Of a stretch of 64,000 nucleotides of DNA, positions 1 through 12,745 are shown piece by piece (the first letter of the stretch is position 1; each line of letters starts with the position of its first letter). The position numbers and the translations under genes were made by a program. A model generated the notes under the pieces. It was not told the origin of the DNA, searched no databases, and saw only the letters and a program-made list of their open reading frames with translations. Origin of the DNA: the human T2T-CHM13v2.0 reference genome, Homo sapiens. Location: NCBI RefSeq assembly GCF_009914755.1, contig NC_060932.1; one strand, given 5' to 3'.

Positions 1-67
1 CCTGAATTTATGTAAGCCTATTTATATCTTCTTTTTTTTTTTCACTTACCACGATCATTCATCTATT

Positions 68-232
68 GGGTTGCAAACTGCCAAAGTGTTTGATTATGGG
101 GTGCCCCTGACCCTGCTGTAGCTGTTATGTAAAATAGTATTTGCTTCATATTACTTTTCTAAAATCTGAAAAATTCTGAATTCAAAAACATATCTGTCCC
201 TTAGGGTTTCAGATAAGAGACCATGGATCTAT
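68..232. mobile_element. Old TcMar-Tigger-type non-autonomous DNA transposon fragment
   Basis: Ends in AAAATCTGAAAAATTCTGAATTC...AGGGTTTCAGATAAGAGA, resembling recalled Tigger/MER46-like termini; family uncertain. Confidence 0.45.
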
Positions 233-249
233 TGGAATACTCTGATCAT

Positions 250-462
250 CCTTATGTATCAGGCATTGTTCTAAATGTTTGAAAAATATTAACTCATCAT
301 TCTCCATTACTGTATGAAGTAGAAACTATTATTCCTATTTCCGTATATGAACACTGAGACACAAAACATATAAGTAAGTTGCTTAGAGTAACACAGACAG
401 TGATGGAGGCAGTTTTCTAATACAGGCAGTCTGTCCTACAGCCTGGCTTTTGACCACTGTGT
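250..462 (-). mobile_element. MIR SINE
   Basis: Degenerate antisense MIR core (TATTATTCCTATTTCCGTATATGAACACTGAGACACA ... TTGACCACTGTG). Confidence 0.7.
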
Positions 463-2144
463 TGGTACTTCCGAATTTATGAGTCTTATGTAAATGCCTT
501 TGGTTTCCTCATGTGTAATATGGTATTAACAACCACCTTTCAGGGAAAACTTACAGCCAACTCTCAATGGCCTTTGCAAAGGAGAATCCACTTTGAACAT
601 TCGGTAACTTTGCTATAGTATTTTATCAGTTATGTACAGGAGTGCAAGGGGTGACACAGCTGTCTGAAAGAAGATCCTACGTGAAGCTGGTTACTCCTTT
701 TCATCTAAAGCATTCCCACTCTCCTGTGTAATTTAGACACCAACATTAAAATAGTATTACGCCCAAAGGCACATTACAAATTACCTAAAAGCACATTGCA
801 ACATGCCGTTTAAAATTTAAATGAAACACTATAATCTCCAATCAAAGTAGTTTAATATTAGGAATTGTGAAGTTTGGGAGCTGATGCATAATGAAGGAAT
901 TGAGGGTCCTTTTACCAGCAGCTGTTCTAGCAAGGCACCCCATGATAAACACCTAAAAATCAGGCATATGAGCTGCCTGCCCAAACTGGGGTAACAGCTG
1001 GACAAGCCACCAGGGAAATGGAAAGGCAATAAACCAAATAAGCTTGATTTATTTTTATATCTCCCCAGGGCTCTGTATATTTTAGGGTTCATATTTTGCC
1101 TTCCAGGTGCATTTGGCTAACATCTTTGAGTCTAATCTTCGAATCCACTCTGGTCTTACTTTCTTCCTTATTTCCATGCTACCTTTACCTCCAGTCTGTT
1201 TAGCATTACCCTCCTGACCTTACGCTGATTGTCTTCGATTAAGCCTAAGGATTTCCTCTTCCTGGACCAAAGTCAGGTTACAGAGCAGGAATAATAAAAG
1301 ACTGAATGGAACCGTAGTGTCATAGCCAGAACCCCAATGTCAACCTTTTGAAAACAACCTGACTGCAGATACCCCATCCCACTGGGAGATTCAACACAGC
1401 GGCATTGCAATCCACCAGTTTCAGAGAATTGGCATCTGTGCCAAGGAATGTTTTTTCTAGGAATCTGGTTTCTCATTAAAAGAATTGGGTGGAGGGAACC
1501 AAGAAGAAAAAAATGCTAAGTTAAATCAAAATATGATATGAGTTCTTAAAAAAATCAACTCTGATTAATCATACTACAAGGTGATTTAATATGTTTGGAA
1601 GAAATTCAGAGCAAGTGAATTCACCAGCACTTTCAACAAATATGTACTCTAAAAAATAATTAATGCACAGCACATAAGTTAGGAATGTTTAAGAGGCTCC
1701 ATGATATTCACCTTAATAGGTATAAAATGCACATGTGTACAGAATAAAAGAAATAATTGTAATGAGAGTCACTTATTGTCATTGAAAGTAGAATCTTATC
1801 TATATTTTAATACAAAAACAAGCATGGTAAAACATCTGTGCTTTACCAAAGGCAATGAAAGGCTAAGAAGGCAATATTTTAAACAATGCACATTTGGATT
1901 TTTTGTATAACACTCTCAACTATCTCATCAGTAAAAATCCTCAGAACATGCCTGGGAAATAGGTAAACAATACAGAATAGTTTCTACTGCAAAATTAAAT
2001 CCTATCCTTGTAATCATAACTCTCTCCCCTCCCCCACCTCCATAATCAAATAGCCATGGAAAGCCTGAGGATGAGGAGTTGAGAGCAGGAAGGAATGATG
2101 GCAGAACAGCAGCAACCTTTAGACCAGTAAATAAGTATGGGTGA

Positions 2145-2464
<320 letters not shown>

Positions 2465-3749
2465 TGCTTATGAACATTTTATATGCAGATCTTTCCCCAT
2501 TCTTTCATTCATTCCAACACATTAGGCCACCTACCACCTTCATGCCCTTACCCTTTGCTGCTCATCTCAGCATCATCCCAGTCCTAACACCACATATGTA
2601 AATAAACTGAAAATGTAACCAATTTCTTTGTTGCCAAATAAGTATATATTTAGCTTCAGCTATGACTTATTCTGCCCATCCTGTACAGTTCCTGTGATAA
2701 ACCAGGCCTTCCCAAGCAATATGGCCCTAGACTGCAGTACCTCGCCACTACTAATGGTGTCAACACACTCATCTGTGGCATTCCTGCAGGTTGTGTCTGT
2801 TTGACTGCTTTGTGCCTACTTACCCGATGCATTGGCCTTCCCTGCTTTGGCCCTACTTTGTCAACCCTCTTTCTTAACTGCTGGACAGGCAGCCTGATTT
2901 TGAACGTATTATACTGACTTGGACCCTGGCACCTTTTCAGTAGACAACTTCCAATCTGCGCCTTTACAGGATGAGAGGCAGTCTATCCCCATGCCAGTCC
3001 TGCCCTGTGCACTACTATCAAGCAGGCTTTTCCTCACCAAGGCACTGTCCAACAAAGGAAAGAGATTGGGTACAAATGTTGAATCTTACGGCTATAAGAA
3101 ATACTCTTTGCAATGGACTGAACTTTTCAGTTTCCGATAAAGCTGCTTGGTATCATATAGTTCATACCTAACCACTAGTCTAGAGTCAGGAAAACATATC
3201 TTTACCAATCCATTTGCCCTTACTTCTGTGGTAGGAATTCTGTATTTGCATTTGTATCCTCTTCCACTTTCTCCTGGCTTCTAGCCCACACATTCAGATG
3301 GTTTAATTGCAATATTGGTAGAGTTTGTTTAAATTTTACTCAAGAGTTGAAACATGTGCACTTGTCTAACTTCACGTGAAAGCAGAAATATGAACAAATA
3401 TTAAAATTGATTTGCAGCCTAACAGAGCCAACCTGTCTCAATAAGTAGATTATTTTAAAACTTTCCAATGTTCAGTTTAAAAGACCCTTGTATTTTGAAG
3501 CCTTTTTAATCTTTCCATTTTGAATTCTTTCTTCATCTTTTTGTTTACCTCAAAGAGTCCAGGAGGTCAATTCATTTGGATGGATGGATAATGAAATTAA
3601 TAGACAATTGCTAAAAACAAACTCTCAGGTACCTCTGCACAATTTCTTCATTATCACTAGGGTAACATGAAAACATGTACAGTGTACTCTATAATGTACA
3701 GCTTTGCCTTGTCAGGATAACTATACACCTTTACTCCACCATCTAGATG

Positions 3750-4232
3750 GTATAGTGTGAGCTTCCATAGTTAAAGGGTGGATGCCTAGCCACCTTGGGG
3801 GCAAGTCATAATTACCTGCCTCACCACTTCCATTCCCTCAATCACAGTTCACTGGTCAATGGGTGGACACCAATCCCAAGTTAGACCAATAATCTCAAGT
3901 CTTTTCTTGAGATTTCAACTGGAAGTGAAGGATTATTCCTTCTTTGTGGTGGTAACTCCAAGATGAAAATCTTAAAATCTATGAGGTGGAGGAAGATGAT
4001 GAGAAAGAAAAACCACATGCAGAAAACAGCAGAGATGAGAGAAACAGTGTACCAATAGTGCTGAAGACCCCGGTTTCTGTTTTTCTCAAAGCAGATGTTC
4101 CCAGAGTCCTACTGATCCCACACTCTGGTTTTGAACACTACTTTGATGCTGTGAACCTATGACTTCTTCACTTTGTCCTAAGCAAGCCTACATTTGGCTT
4201 TGACTACTTATGCCCAGACAAAAACTTACTAT
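3750..4232 (+). mobile_element. Old MaLR (MLT1-type) LTR
   Basis: MLT1-like motifs (CCCAAGTTAGACCAAT; 3' end TTTGGCTTTGACTACTT...CTTACTATATA); very diverged. Confidence 0.5.
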
Positions 4233-4472
4233 ATAGTTTATTGATTAGATACTGCTATATAACAAACCATTTCAAAACTCATTATTCATAAACTGGAAGG
4301 GTCTTCTGCTCTCAGTCGAGCATTTCAGGACATGTTGAGGCAATGGTTTTTTAACCCCAAAACTGAGAAATGGGTGAAACAGTAATAGACAGTAAAAGCT
4401 CAGTCTCCTAGAATGCACAAAAGTAAAAGTAAGGCCCCCACACTCACTGTCACAATATCTGACGGGATTAAG

Positions 4473-4935
4473 GCAGTGATGTCTGGAACCAGTTCACACC
4501 AGCTCAACAAGAGCCAATGGTTAAATTTTTAGAAATTTGTAAGACAACTGTTAAATACAAGTATCTATAGGGCTGAAATATAGGGCAATGAACATTTCAA
4601 TGCAGATGTTGATGGGATAACTACCTCTAATGCATGCTGCTTAATTTTTAAAAAATAACTTATTTTTGAACAAAGGTAATAAATACTCAAAACTCATTGT
4701 TTTCTAATTATTTTATAAGCTCTTACTATCATCTATGCTATTGAAGTTATTCATGTCTATATTATCCCTATGGTGGGTATACTATATAATCAGTAATTAT
4801 ATCAATTACATTCACAGCTTAAAACGGGCTATGGTGGGAGTATTTATGCCCTAGAAATCATAAAATGCTAGGAATCAGGGTTTGTTTGTTTGTTTTCGGA
4901 GAGCTGGATTGTAAACATTTACCATCCCATCGCTG
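4473..4935. mobile_element. hAT-Tip100 (ORSL-like) DNA transposon, long form
   Basis: Termini CAGTGATGTCTGG ... CCATCCCATCGCTG; internal GGTGGGAGTATTTA motif; similar to the element at 11047-11257. Confidence 0.65.
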
Positions 4936-4972
4936 GAATAAGCCATTTCAGATTAAGAATGGCACAGCATAA

Positions 4973-5229
4973 GGCCGAGGCAGGCAGATCACGAGGTCAG
5001 GAGATTGAGACCATCCTGGCTAACACAGTGAAACCCCGTCTCTACTAAAAATACAAAAATTAGCCGGGCATGGTGGCACGCGCCTGTAGTCCCAGCTACT
5101 CGGGAGGCTGAGGCAGGAGAATGGTGTGAACCCAGGGGGGCGGAGCCTGCAGTGAGCAGAGATCGCGCCACTGCACTCCAGCCTGGGCGACAGCGAGACT
5201 CCGTCTCAAAAAAAAAAAAAAAAAAAAAA
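4973..5229 (+). mobile_element. 5'-truncated AluY-lineage element (AluYe-like variants)
   Basis: GAGATTGAGACCATCCTGGCTAACAC; GGGGGGCGGAGCCTGCAG; CGACAGCGAGAC (2-nt deletion); poly(A); TSD AAGAATGGCACAGCATAA (4955-4972) / AAGAATGGCTCAGGATAA (5230-5247). Confidence 0.96.
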
Positions 5230-5289
5230 AAGAATGGCTCAGGATAAACTTTTTCTAGTAAACAAAATGTGTCAGGGAAAATAGACATC

Positions 5290-6483
5290 TTCACAATTAA
5301 GTGAAGACAGGAGAAATGAAGAAATCTAAGAAGTATGTCTGTAAGATAACTATAACCTCCCTTGACACATGAAACTGACCAAAATTAAACAGATAAAAAG
5401 CTACAATTTGGGGAAAATTACACTGTCTAAAGAACCACCAGCCTGGATTAAACATCAATGTACTATTTGAGACTTAAAACCAACATTGGATTCCCCAGTT
5501 ATCTACATGTAGATAGTGAGCTACAATCTCCGTCAGCTCCTAAGTAAGGCATATTCGCCACTGCCCTCTTCAAGCATTGTGGCCAGAGAGAATAAAGGAG
5601 AGTAAACTCCCAAAGGGTGGACCTAAAGTTCACAGTGAACAACTGAGTAGGGAGATATACCCTCCCAGCAGACTTATCAAGGAAGATTCCTCACTCAAGA
5701 TAGGAGACCTTGGTAATGCCTACCCAATGGAATTTCAAAATTGCTTCAGAAGACTGACTACTGTGTGTCTCCCATTCTTACGCTCTGTGAATGCAAGTGT
5801 TGGTAATGATAAAGTCCCTTTTCTACCTTTCATATTAATTGTGTGGCATAGGGAATTGGTGAGAAGAACACAGCAAATAGCCTTCTTAGTCCATAGGTCT
5901 CTGGATCAAGAGAAGCAACATTCAAACCCGATATAGAAGCCGCTGCTTACCACCTCCTAATGCAGAAATCATCTTACATCATCAGATATCCTGTTTTTAA
6001 GCTGGATGATAAAAATGGATTGAATTTGTGAACAGATTCCTTCGAGGAGGCGATAAGTATGTTCAGCGTATAGTAAAACAGTGTGAACAGGATATTGTGT
6101 GACCAGAAGTGTAAATGGTGGTAGCCACTATTACTGTCTACCAAATATTTCCACCTCTTCTCTCATGCATTTGGTGTGGCTACATTTCCCCAAATCACTA
6201 AAGATGGGTGTGGACCAAATAACATGCAAGAGAAACATGAACACCAGTAGCATGGGTACATTTAAGAGCAGTGAGAAATTTATTTCTTCTTTTTTCCCTC
6301 TGCCGCAATGACCAGCAATGTTCCAAACAGTGGCTACTTTCTATCAGCATGGGTCCTAGAGAAGAGAATATGGAGAACAGCTCCCAGCCAACCCAGAAAA
6401 CTGTGTCGTATGAGCAAGAAATAAGCCCTGTGGTTTTAAGCCACAGATATTTTGATATAATCTAGTCCATCCTGACTAGCACA
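5290..6483 (+). mobile_element. MaLR internal-region remnant followed by MLT1-type LTR (LTR about 6117-6483)
   Basis: LTR ends in CCATCCTGACTAGCACA, typical of MLT1 3' ends; upstream sequence resembles recalled MLT1-int; explains ORFs 5577-5936 and 6099-6465. Confidence 0.55.
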
Positions 6484-6489
6484 ACCACA

Positions 6490-7143
6490 ATTCCATATTT
6501 TCTGGCAAAGCATCCCCAGAAGTAGATAAAGCTGTGTTATAGTTGATTACTGAAATATATGCCAAGGTATATTGCACACCAAGAAATGCAACTGAAGGGA
6601 GGAAAAAGTTGACAAGTCCAACAAAAATAATTTAAAGACATTTCAAAGCAATGAAGTGCTGGTGTGACCGAGTTATGCATCATTCAGGACTGCCATTACA
6701 TTGTCAAATATCAATTTGTCTAAAGTTCACTATGACTCTGAAGAAAAACTGCTTAACTTCTGAGGTCAACATGAGATTCAACTGAAAAAAATTACAAATA
6801 GGAATGTAGCAACATCAAAACTGAAGAGTGCATCAGCAGTTCGAAAGATAAAGAGGATAGTAGTGGTAAGAAAAAAAAAAAGAATTCTGAGTTTTAATGA
6901 TTAAAGACATTTGAGTGTGGAATATGAAGAAGTTCCTTCTTATGTAATAAAAAGTGAATGTAATACAATTCATAAATCTAAATACGTCAAAAAGAGCTCT
7001 TTTAACAAGTATGACTCAAAATTCAAAATGTCAGGAAAATATCACTCACATTTCCATTTGTAAGATCGTTTCTTCATCCTTAGTGATACATAAAATAATA
7101 ATGTCTTAAAATCAATGTTATCTTAGCATTAATAAAGTAATAG
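6490..7143 (+). mobile_element. Kanga-like (TcMar-Tc2/pogo) DNA transposon with decayed transposase DNA-binding domain
   Basis: Broken frames give KHPQK / EMQLK / FKAMKCWCDRVMHHSGLPL / ISIC..EEKLLNF, matching the CENP-B-type HTH of pogo/Tc2 transposases; 3' end GTCTTAAAATCAATGTTATCTTAG resembles the Kanga/MER104 terminus. Confidence 0.7.
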
Positions 7144-8069
7144 AAATGTAATAATAATCACTAATAATGATTACAGGATACAGCTGAATGGTAACATCAT
7201 AATTTATATTCAAATGAGCCATTTACTACAAGAGAGTAAAACAATTAGACTTTCAATACGTTTTTCTTAATGAGAGAGAACAAGGCCCACCCAACAATAA
7301 AATACCTTTTCCCATATGACTGTGGTTCAAAAATATGTATACACACACACATACACATGTACATAATAGAATTCTTTTTTGGTTATTTTGTAAGTGAAGA
7401 AAGAAGAAAAATGTTTTGCTATAGAGATACTTCCTTGAAAGTTCCAAAGGAATGACATATTGGATGGATAAATATGGCACCTTGACTTTCCCAAAAACTA
7501 AACAGAGGCATACATAGAAAATAAATGACTGTAATTCTTCCCATGGAAATTTTTAAGTAAATGTGATGAAATGCCTATGAAAGAAAACAGACTGTGAGGA
7601 AATACCTATGACAAAGCATCACATGTATAGTAGGTAAAAGGCCCTTATAGATAATCCAGAATGTCCTGCATGAGCAGACACACAGTGTCTATATTTTTTC
7701 ATGGGACATTTACTTTGAGAAGTGGCCCCAAGCTCTGGCAGTCCAATACATTGCATTCTCAATCTGCCATGAAAAGTGTGAGCTGATTTAGTTGTTCAGA
7801 AACAGGATGCCCAATTAGTTTTCAAAGACACATGCATCAAATCACAGTCACCGTAGAATTTTTTCTTACCACTGCAAGTTTCTCTGATTCCCTTCTCTGA
7901 AATTTTGAGTCCTTAAAGTTGTGCCTGGTCCTTTAGCACTTAATCGCATACTCTCTTGTGCTGGTCACAATCCTTGATTATTTTCTGCCATCCTCCAATC
8001 ATATTATAAGTTCTTGAATGTTAAAAATACGGCTTATACTTTTGAAAACCTGGTAATAAGAGTAATAAT

Positions 8070-8225
8070 AATAATAGCTAGCACTTATGAAATGTTTACT
8101 TTGTGAGATTCACAAGGCTAAGTGCTTTACATGTGTTCTCTTTATAATTTCCACAATAATCTGGTGACTTAGTCATGCAGCTAAGTTAGAGACTCCAACC
8201 TATGTCCCACCTCATTATACTGCCA
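8070..8225 (-). mobile_element. MIR SINE fragment
   Basis: AATAATAGCTAGCACTTAT...CTAAGTGCTTTACATG antisense MIR 3' region. Confidence 0.6.
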
Positions 8226-8666
8226 CCCATGCAGCTCCCTTGAGTGCATATTAGATCTTCATTAGGGCTATGAACATTCTGATTCAGACATTGATTAGCA
8301 TGAATGTCTATCGAATAACCTTCCCTGACATATACTACTTATCTAATCCTCCACTCTGGACACTGGTCACCTGGTTTAGATAGCTCTTTTCCAATATTGG
8401 AGGTGTCTTTTAACTCAGAATTGCATAATCTTAGCAATTAAACCCACACATTTCAAATGGACTCAACTGTCATTACAGAGCTAGAATTATATCAAATATA
8501 CAGTATACAGGTATATTTGACTACACTGCAGAATGTAAATACAATTAGAATGAGAAAGACAAACAGAAAGAGATTGATATTGAGATTAAGAAAACCCTGG
8601 GAAGCTGGGTGATAAAACAGAATTAAAACCTGAATTTACAGACCCAAAGAGTTAAACAGTTAGTGA

Positions 8667-8701
<35 letters not shown>

Positions 8702-8716
8702 CATATGTGTGTGTGT
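8667..8716. repeat. Compound (GT)n(GA)n microsatellite
   Basis: Directly visible. Confidence 0.95.
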
Positions 8717-8904
8717 ACTCATTATGATGGTTCAAGTGCAAACTTCCAATATATTCCTACTCTTTACAAGGAATTTATGAAAATCTGAGCTAGATGAGGC
8801 CCATGATTCATCAGCATCAGAATCATCCCAAGTTGCTTATTAAACTTCAGATTCCCAAGCATCATCCAGTCTTGAGTTGGAGAGTGAGATCTGGAGACTT
8901 AACT

Positions 8905-9659
8905 TGGATCCCTTAATAGCAGACGCTGAGACCAGAATGGGTAAGAGAAAATGAGGCAAGGATATAAAGGTACCAACACTGAATATGTTAATGAGCAGGT
9001 CACTACTTCACACACCTGGGGCTGAATCTCTGTGTGGGCCTGGGAGATGGCAGAGAACAGTCGTTCTCAAATGTTTTGGTTTTGGAATCCCTTTACGCTC
9101 TTAAAAATTGTTGAGGACTCCAAAGAGTTTTTGTGTGAATTACAGCTATTGATACCTACTATGTTAGAAATTAAAACTAATATTTTTTAAACACAAGAAT
9201 TCATAGGGCTGACATTATCACCTGTCAGGTAGCCTCTGGGATACTTCATTGTACCCTTGTGATCGAATGGGAGTGAAAGAGGCAAGTGATATCTTGATAG
9301 TAGGTCAAAAATTGTTTTGATCTCAAAGACCTTCAAAGAATTTTAGGGACCCTCCAGAGGTCCCCGGAGCACACTTTGAGAACCACTAGTGTAGAACCTA
9401 TATCAAAGTTGTGCAATTTGAAGAATAAGGACGCTGGGGTATTTGTGTCCCAACTCTCATTCCTGATTGTTTGAGGGTGTACTAGCTCCCTGGAACTTCC
9501 AGGCTGCCACGCACAGAGGTCGAGCATGTTTCTTTCTAGGTCTAGAGGGAAAGTCCCCAAGCAGAGAGTTAGAGATGCTTGTTGTATAGAGTCTTTGAGA
9601 TATACAGGAAGATGAGATGCCCGGAATATGTGCAGTGCACTGACAGCAGCAAACCTCCA
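8905..9659 (-). mobile_element. ERVL LTR16-like solo LTR interrupted by a hAT element
   Basis: Right end GGAATATGTGCAGTGCACTGACAGCAGC resembles the reverse complement of the recalled LTR16 5' end. Confidence 0.5.
9058..9389. mobile_element. hAT-Charlie non-autonomous DNA transposon
   Basis: Terminal inverted repeats CAGTCGTTCTCAAA ... TTTGAGAACCACT; Charlie-like internal CCCTTTACGCTCTTAAAAATT. Confidence 0.8.
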
Positions 9660-9820
9660 TGATATTTAATTTAATGCACACTAAAGCTGAAGCACCATTG
9701 TTTTCGGGTCTAGAAGAATTATCTCTGACTCCATTCAACCAGTATTCCTTTTTGTTTTCATCTTTCTAGTCTGCACTGTGACGATTACACTTTTACATAA
9801 GAGCATTTGATATTGCTTTT

Positions 9821-10498
9821 AGAGAGGATGTGGAGAAATAGGAACACTTTTACACTGTTGGTGGGACTGTAAACTAGTTCAACCATTGTGGAAGTCAGTG
9901 TGGCGATTCCTCAGGGATATAGAACTGGAAATACCATTTGACCCAGCCATCCCATTACTGGGTATATACCCAAAGGACTATAAATCATGCTGCTATAAAG
10001 ACACATGCACACGTATGTTTATTGCGGCATTATTCACAATAGCAAAGACTTGGAACCAACCCAAATGTCCAACAATGATAGACTGGATTAAGAAAATGTG
10101 GCACATATACACCATGGAATACTATGCAGCCATAAAACATGATGAGTTCATGTCCTTTGTAGGGACATGGATGAAATTGGAAATCATCATTCTCAGTAAA
10201 CTATCGCAAGAACAAAAAACCAAACACCGCATATTCTCACTCATAGGTGGGAATTGAACAATGAGAACACATGGACACAGGAAGGGGAATATCACACTCT
10301 GGGGACTGTTGTGGGGCGGGGGGAGGGGGGAGGGATAGCATTGGGAGATATACCTAATGCTAGATGACGAGTTAGTGGGTGCAGCGCACCAGCATGGGAC
10401 ATGCATACATATGTAACTAACCTGCACAATGTGCACATGTACCCTAAAACTTAAAAGTATAATAATAATGAAAACAGAATTTAATAAAAAAAAAAAAG
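9821..10498 (+). mobile_element. 5'-truncated young LINE-1 (L1PA2-like): ORF2 C-terminus and 3' UTR
   Basis: ORF 9886-10257 is the L1 ORF2p C-terminus (...[18 protein letters not shown]...FSLIGGN); 3' UTR has GATGACGAGTTAG (GAG rather than the L1HS ACA/ACG); G-tract at 10313-10334; A-rich tail. Confidence 0.96.
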
Positions 10499-11046
10499 AA
10501 AACTATCAGTCTCTCAGTCTACAATGGTTCGAAGTTCAGACTTTACTAATTATGTAGTGGTTCTCAAGTGTATTTCTTATAAGGTTTCAATTTCTACCAA
10601 TATACTTTACAAAAATTCCATCATCTGTAATTTATAATTTTAGAATTGACTGTTTTATTCATTTACTACTAAAACTCAACCCTGTCTCTCTGTCTCTTCA
10701 ATATCCAGTAATCCATGTCTCTATATTTCTGCTACAGTAGTAGAGAAATTTATAGCCCCTCATATTTTGGTACAAATAATATCTTCCAGATTGGATCCAA
10801 AAGGAAAGCAGATCCTCGTTATAAAGAAATAGTTTTGTTGGTCACTAACATACCACTGCTTGTCCCAGAGAAAAGAAGGGAAGGTTTCTAAGATCTTTCA
10901 ACTCCATTCTCAAAAATACTAAAGGAGACAAGATTCAGGTCAGGCTTCTTTGTCCAGACACAGGAGTGGTTATCTGGATTCCACTTGCCTTGTGCTGGCT
11001 GACCCATAGTCCCTGAGTACGGAGGAATGTGCAGGAGGGTTAGAAC

Positions 11047-11257
11047 CGTGGTATGCTGGGGCCTCTTTGCACCAGCTTGCAAGAGCGCAGTGCACATTTC
11101 TTTCCAACTCTGCATCAGCAATGTCTAATTTGTAGCTTGAAACCACTCATGGAGGAAGTACCAGGGATATTTACACCATGAAAATTGGCAAACACTAAAA
11201 CTCAGACCCTTTTGTTTTCTATTGGCCAGTTGTTAAACTTTTACCTGCACACCACAG
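11047..11257. mobile_element. hAT-Tip100 (ORSL-like) short DNA transposon
   Basis: Inverted termini GTGGTATGCTGG ... CCTGCACACCAC; internal ATATTTACACCATGAAAATTGGCAAA. Confidence 0.7.
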
Positions 11258-12705
11258 GTAAGGAGTTCCAGTAATACGAGGCTCTACTGGCATGAGCAGC
11301 TTTCTTCTCGTCTAGGTGTCTTCTCCAGGCTTATGCTCTCTACTGTCTATCCAGAACAAATAGAGCTCCTTCTGGGATTCTGAGATATTGGAATGGGCTG
11401 GTCACAAATCTTTCAGCAATGGCCACATAATACCCTATTCTTATGTCTAAGTGATCCCTAAATATACAGAGATGTAGTTGGAGTTACCTCCCAGAGTAGC
11501 ACAAGTCTTTCTTTCAGGAGCTCTCCTCACTGCTACGGTACAGAAAGGTTAATGAAAAATGAAAACATTACCCTATTTACCATATTTTCATTCTGTTGGA
11601 TGAAGGGGTGCCCCTTCCCTAAAGAACTCCATCCTATGGAGCATCTAAAGAGTCCCCCGTGTATTCTCACAGACACAGAGGAGAAGGAGTCAAACCACTG
11701 TGCTTATTCTGATTAATGAACTTACCACTCTCACCCCAGGTCAAGAGTCTACATCTTTGCAAATTCTATCACACAGCTCCTCACATTGCTGTGATTCTTT
11801 TTTAAGTAGTTAAAAAGAAAGGAAGACCATAACTTAGAAACCTGACTATTATCAGAAAGGTTTTATACTATATGCCTTTTTAGGTTCTCACCATGACTAA
11901 GAGATACTGAGTCCTGCAGACGTATCATTATCAGACAGGAAGGTGAAATATAAAGAAAGTAATTGACCAGGGAGGTGAGCAGCCATGGAATACAGTAGGA
12001 CAGAACTAACTCCAGCCTCAAAATGAACCAGCTTTACCACTCTTTTTTTTTTCTTTCATGCAGGATTTCTCCTTTTAACAGGAAAACAGTTGGAGTTTAA
12101 GGATTGTTCTGCAACTTGCTTTCCTTTGGTTTGTATCTACTCACAGAATGGAAGTTTGAAAAGTTCTGAGAGACACCTTAATTTTTTCTTCAAATCATGA
12201 TTTGTGGTATGCTTGCATGGTTGTGTGATTCAGGAATAGCTGTCCTCTGTTGATCTTGCTGTCGGATATATCAACCATGAAAAATAACTGCCTCGGCCAA
12301 GTAGCCAAAACAGTTTTTGAAATATTTCCATCGGCCTCAATCATTGAAACAGCCTCTGTCTCCCTCTATAGGCCATGTATCTCATACCCAGTTACTGATC
12401 AATAAATAGAAATCTATTATAAACAAAGATGGTTAAAATGTGACAAAATTAATGCCTGCCCCCAGGAAACCATGTAAATACAAACCTTGAGTGACAGAGG
12501 TCTCCAGTATCCCTTTCATACAAAGCTGTGATTTGGAGAAAAAAATACCTTTTCTATTGATGGGCAAGATCAGAATGATCAAAGAAAGTACTAAGTTTGA
12601 CTCAAGAGGAAAAGGAAGGAAAAAAGTAATAAACGCCCAAGAGAGCATAGACCCAGGTGGGGTGGCTCACTGGGTATGACTGTTAAATATTCATTCCATC
12701 CTCTT

Positions 12706-12745
12706 ACACACACGCGTGCACACACAAACACACACACACACACAC
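12706..12745. repeat. Interrupted (CA)n microsatellite
   Basis: Directly visible. Confidence 0.9.

Noticed and set aside
10313-10334. G-quadruplex-forming tract as a novel element
   Set aside because: It is the known G-rich tract of the L1PA 3' UTR.
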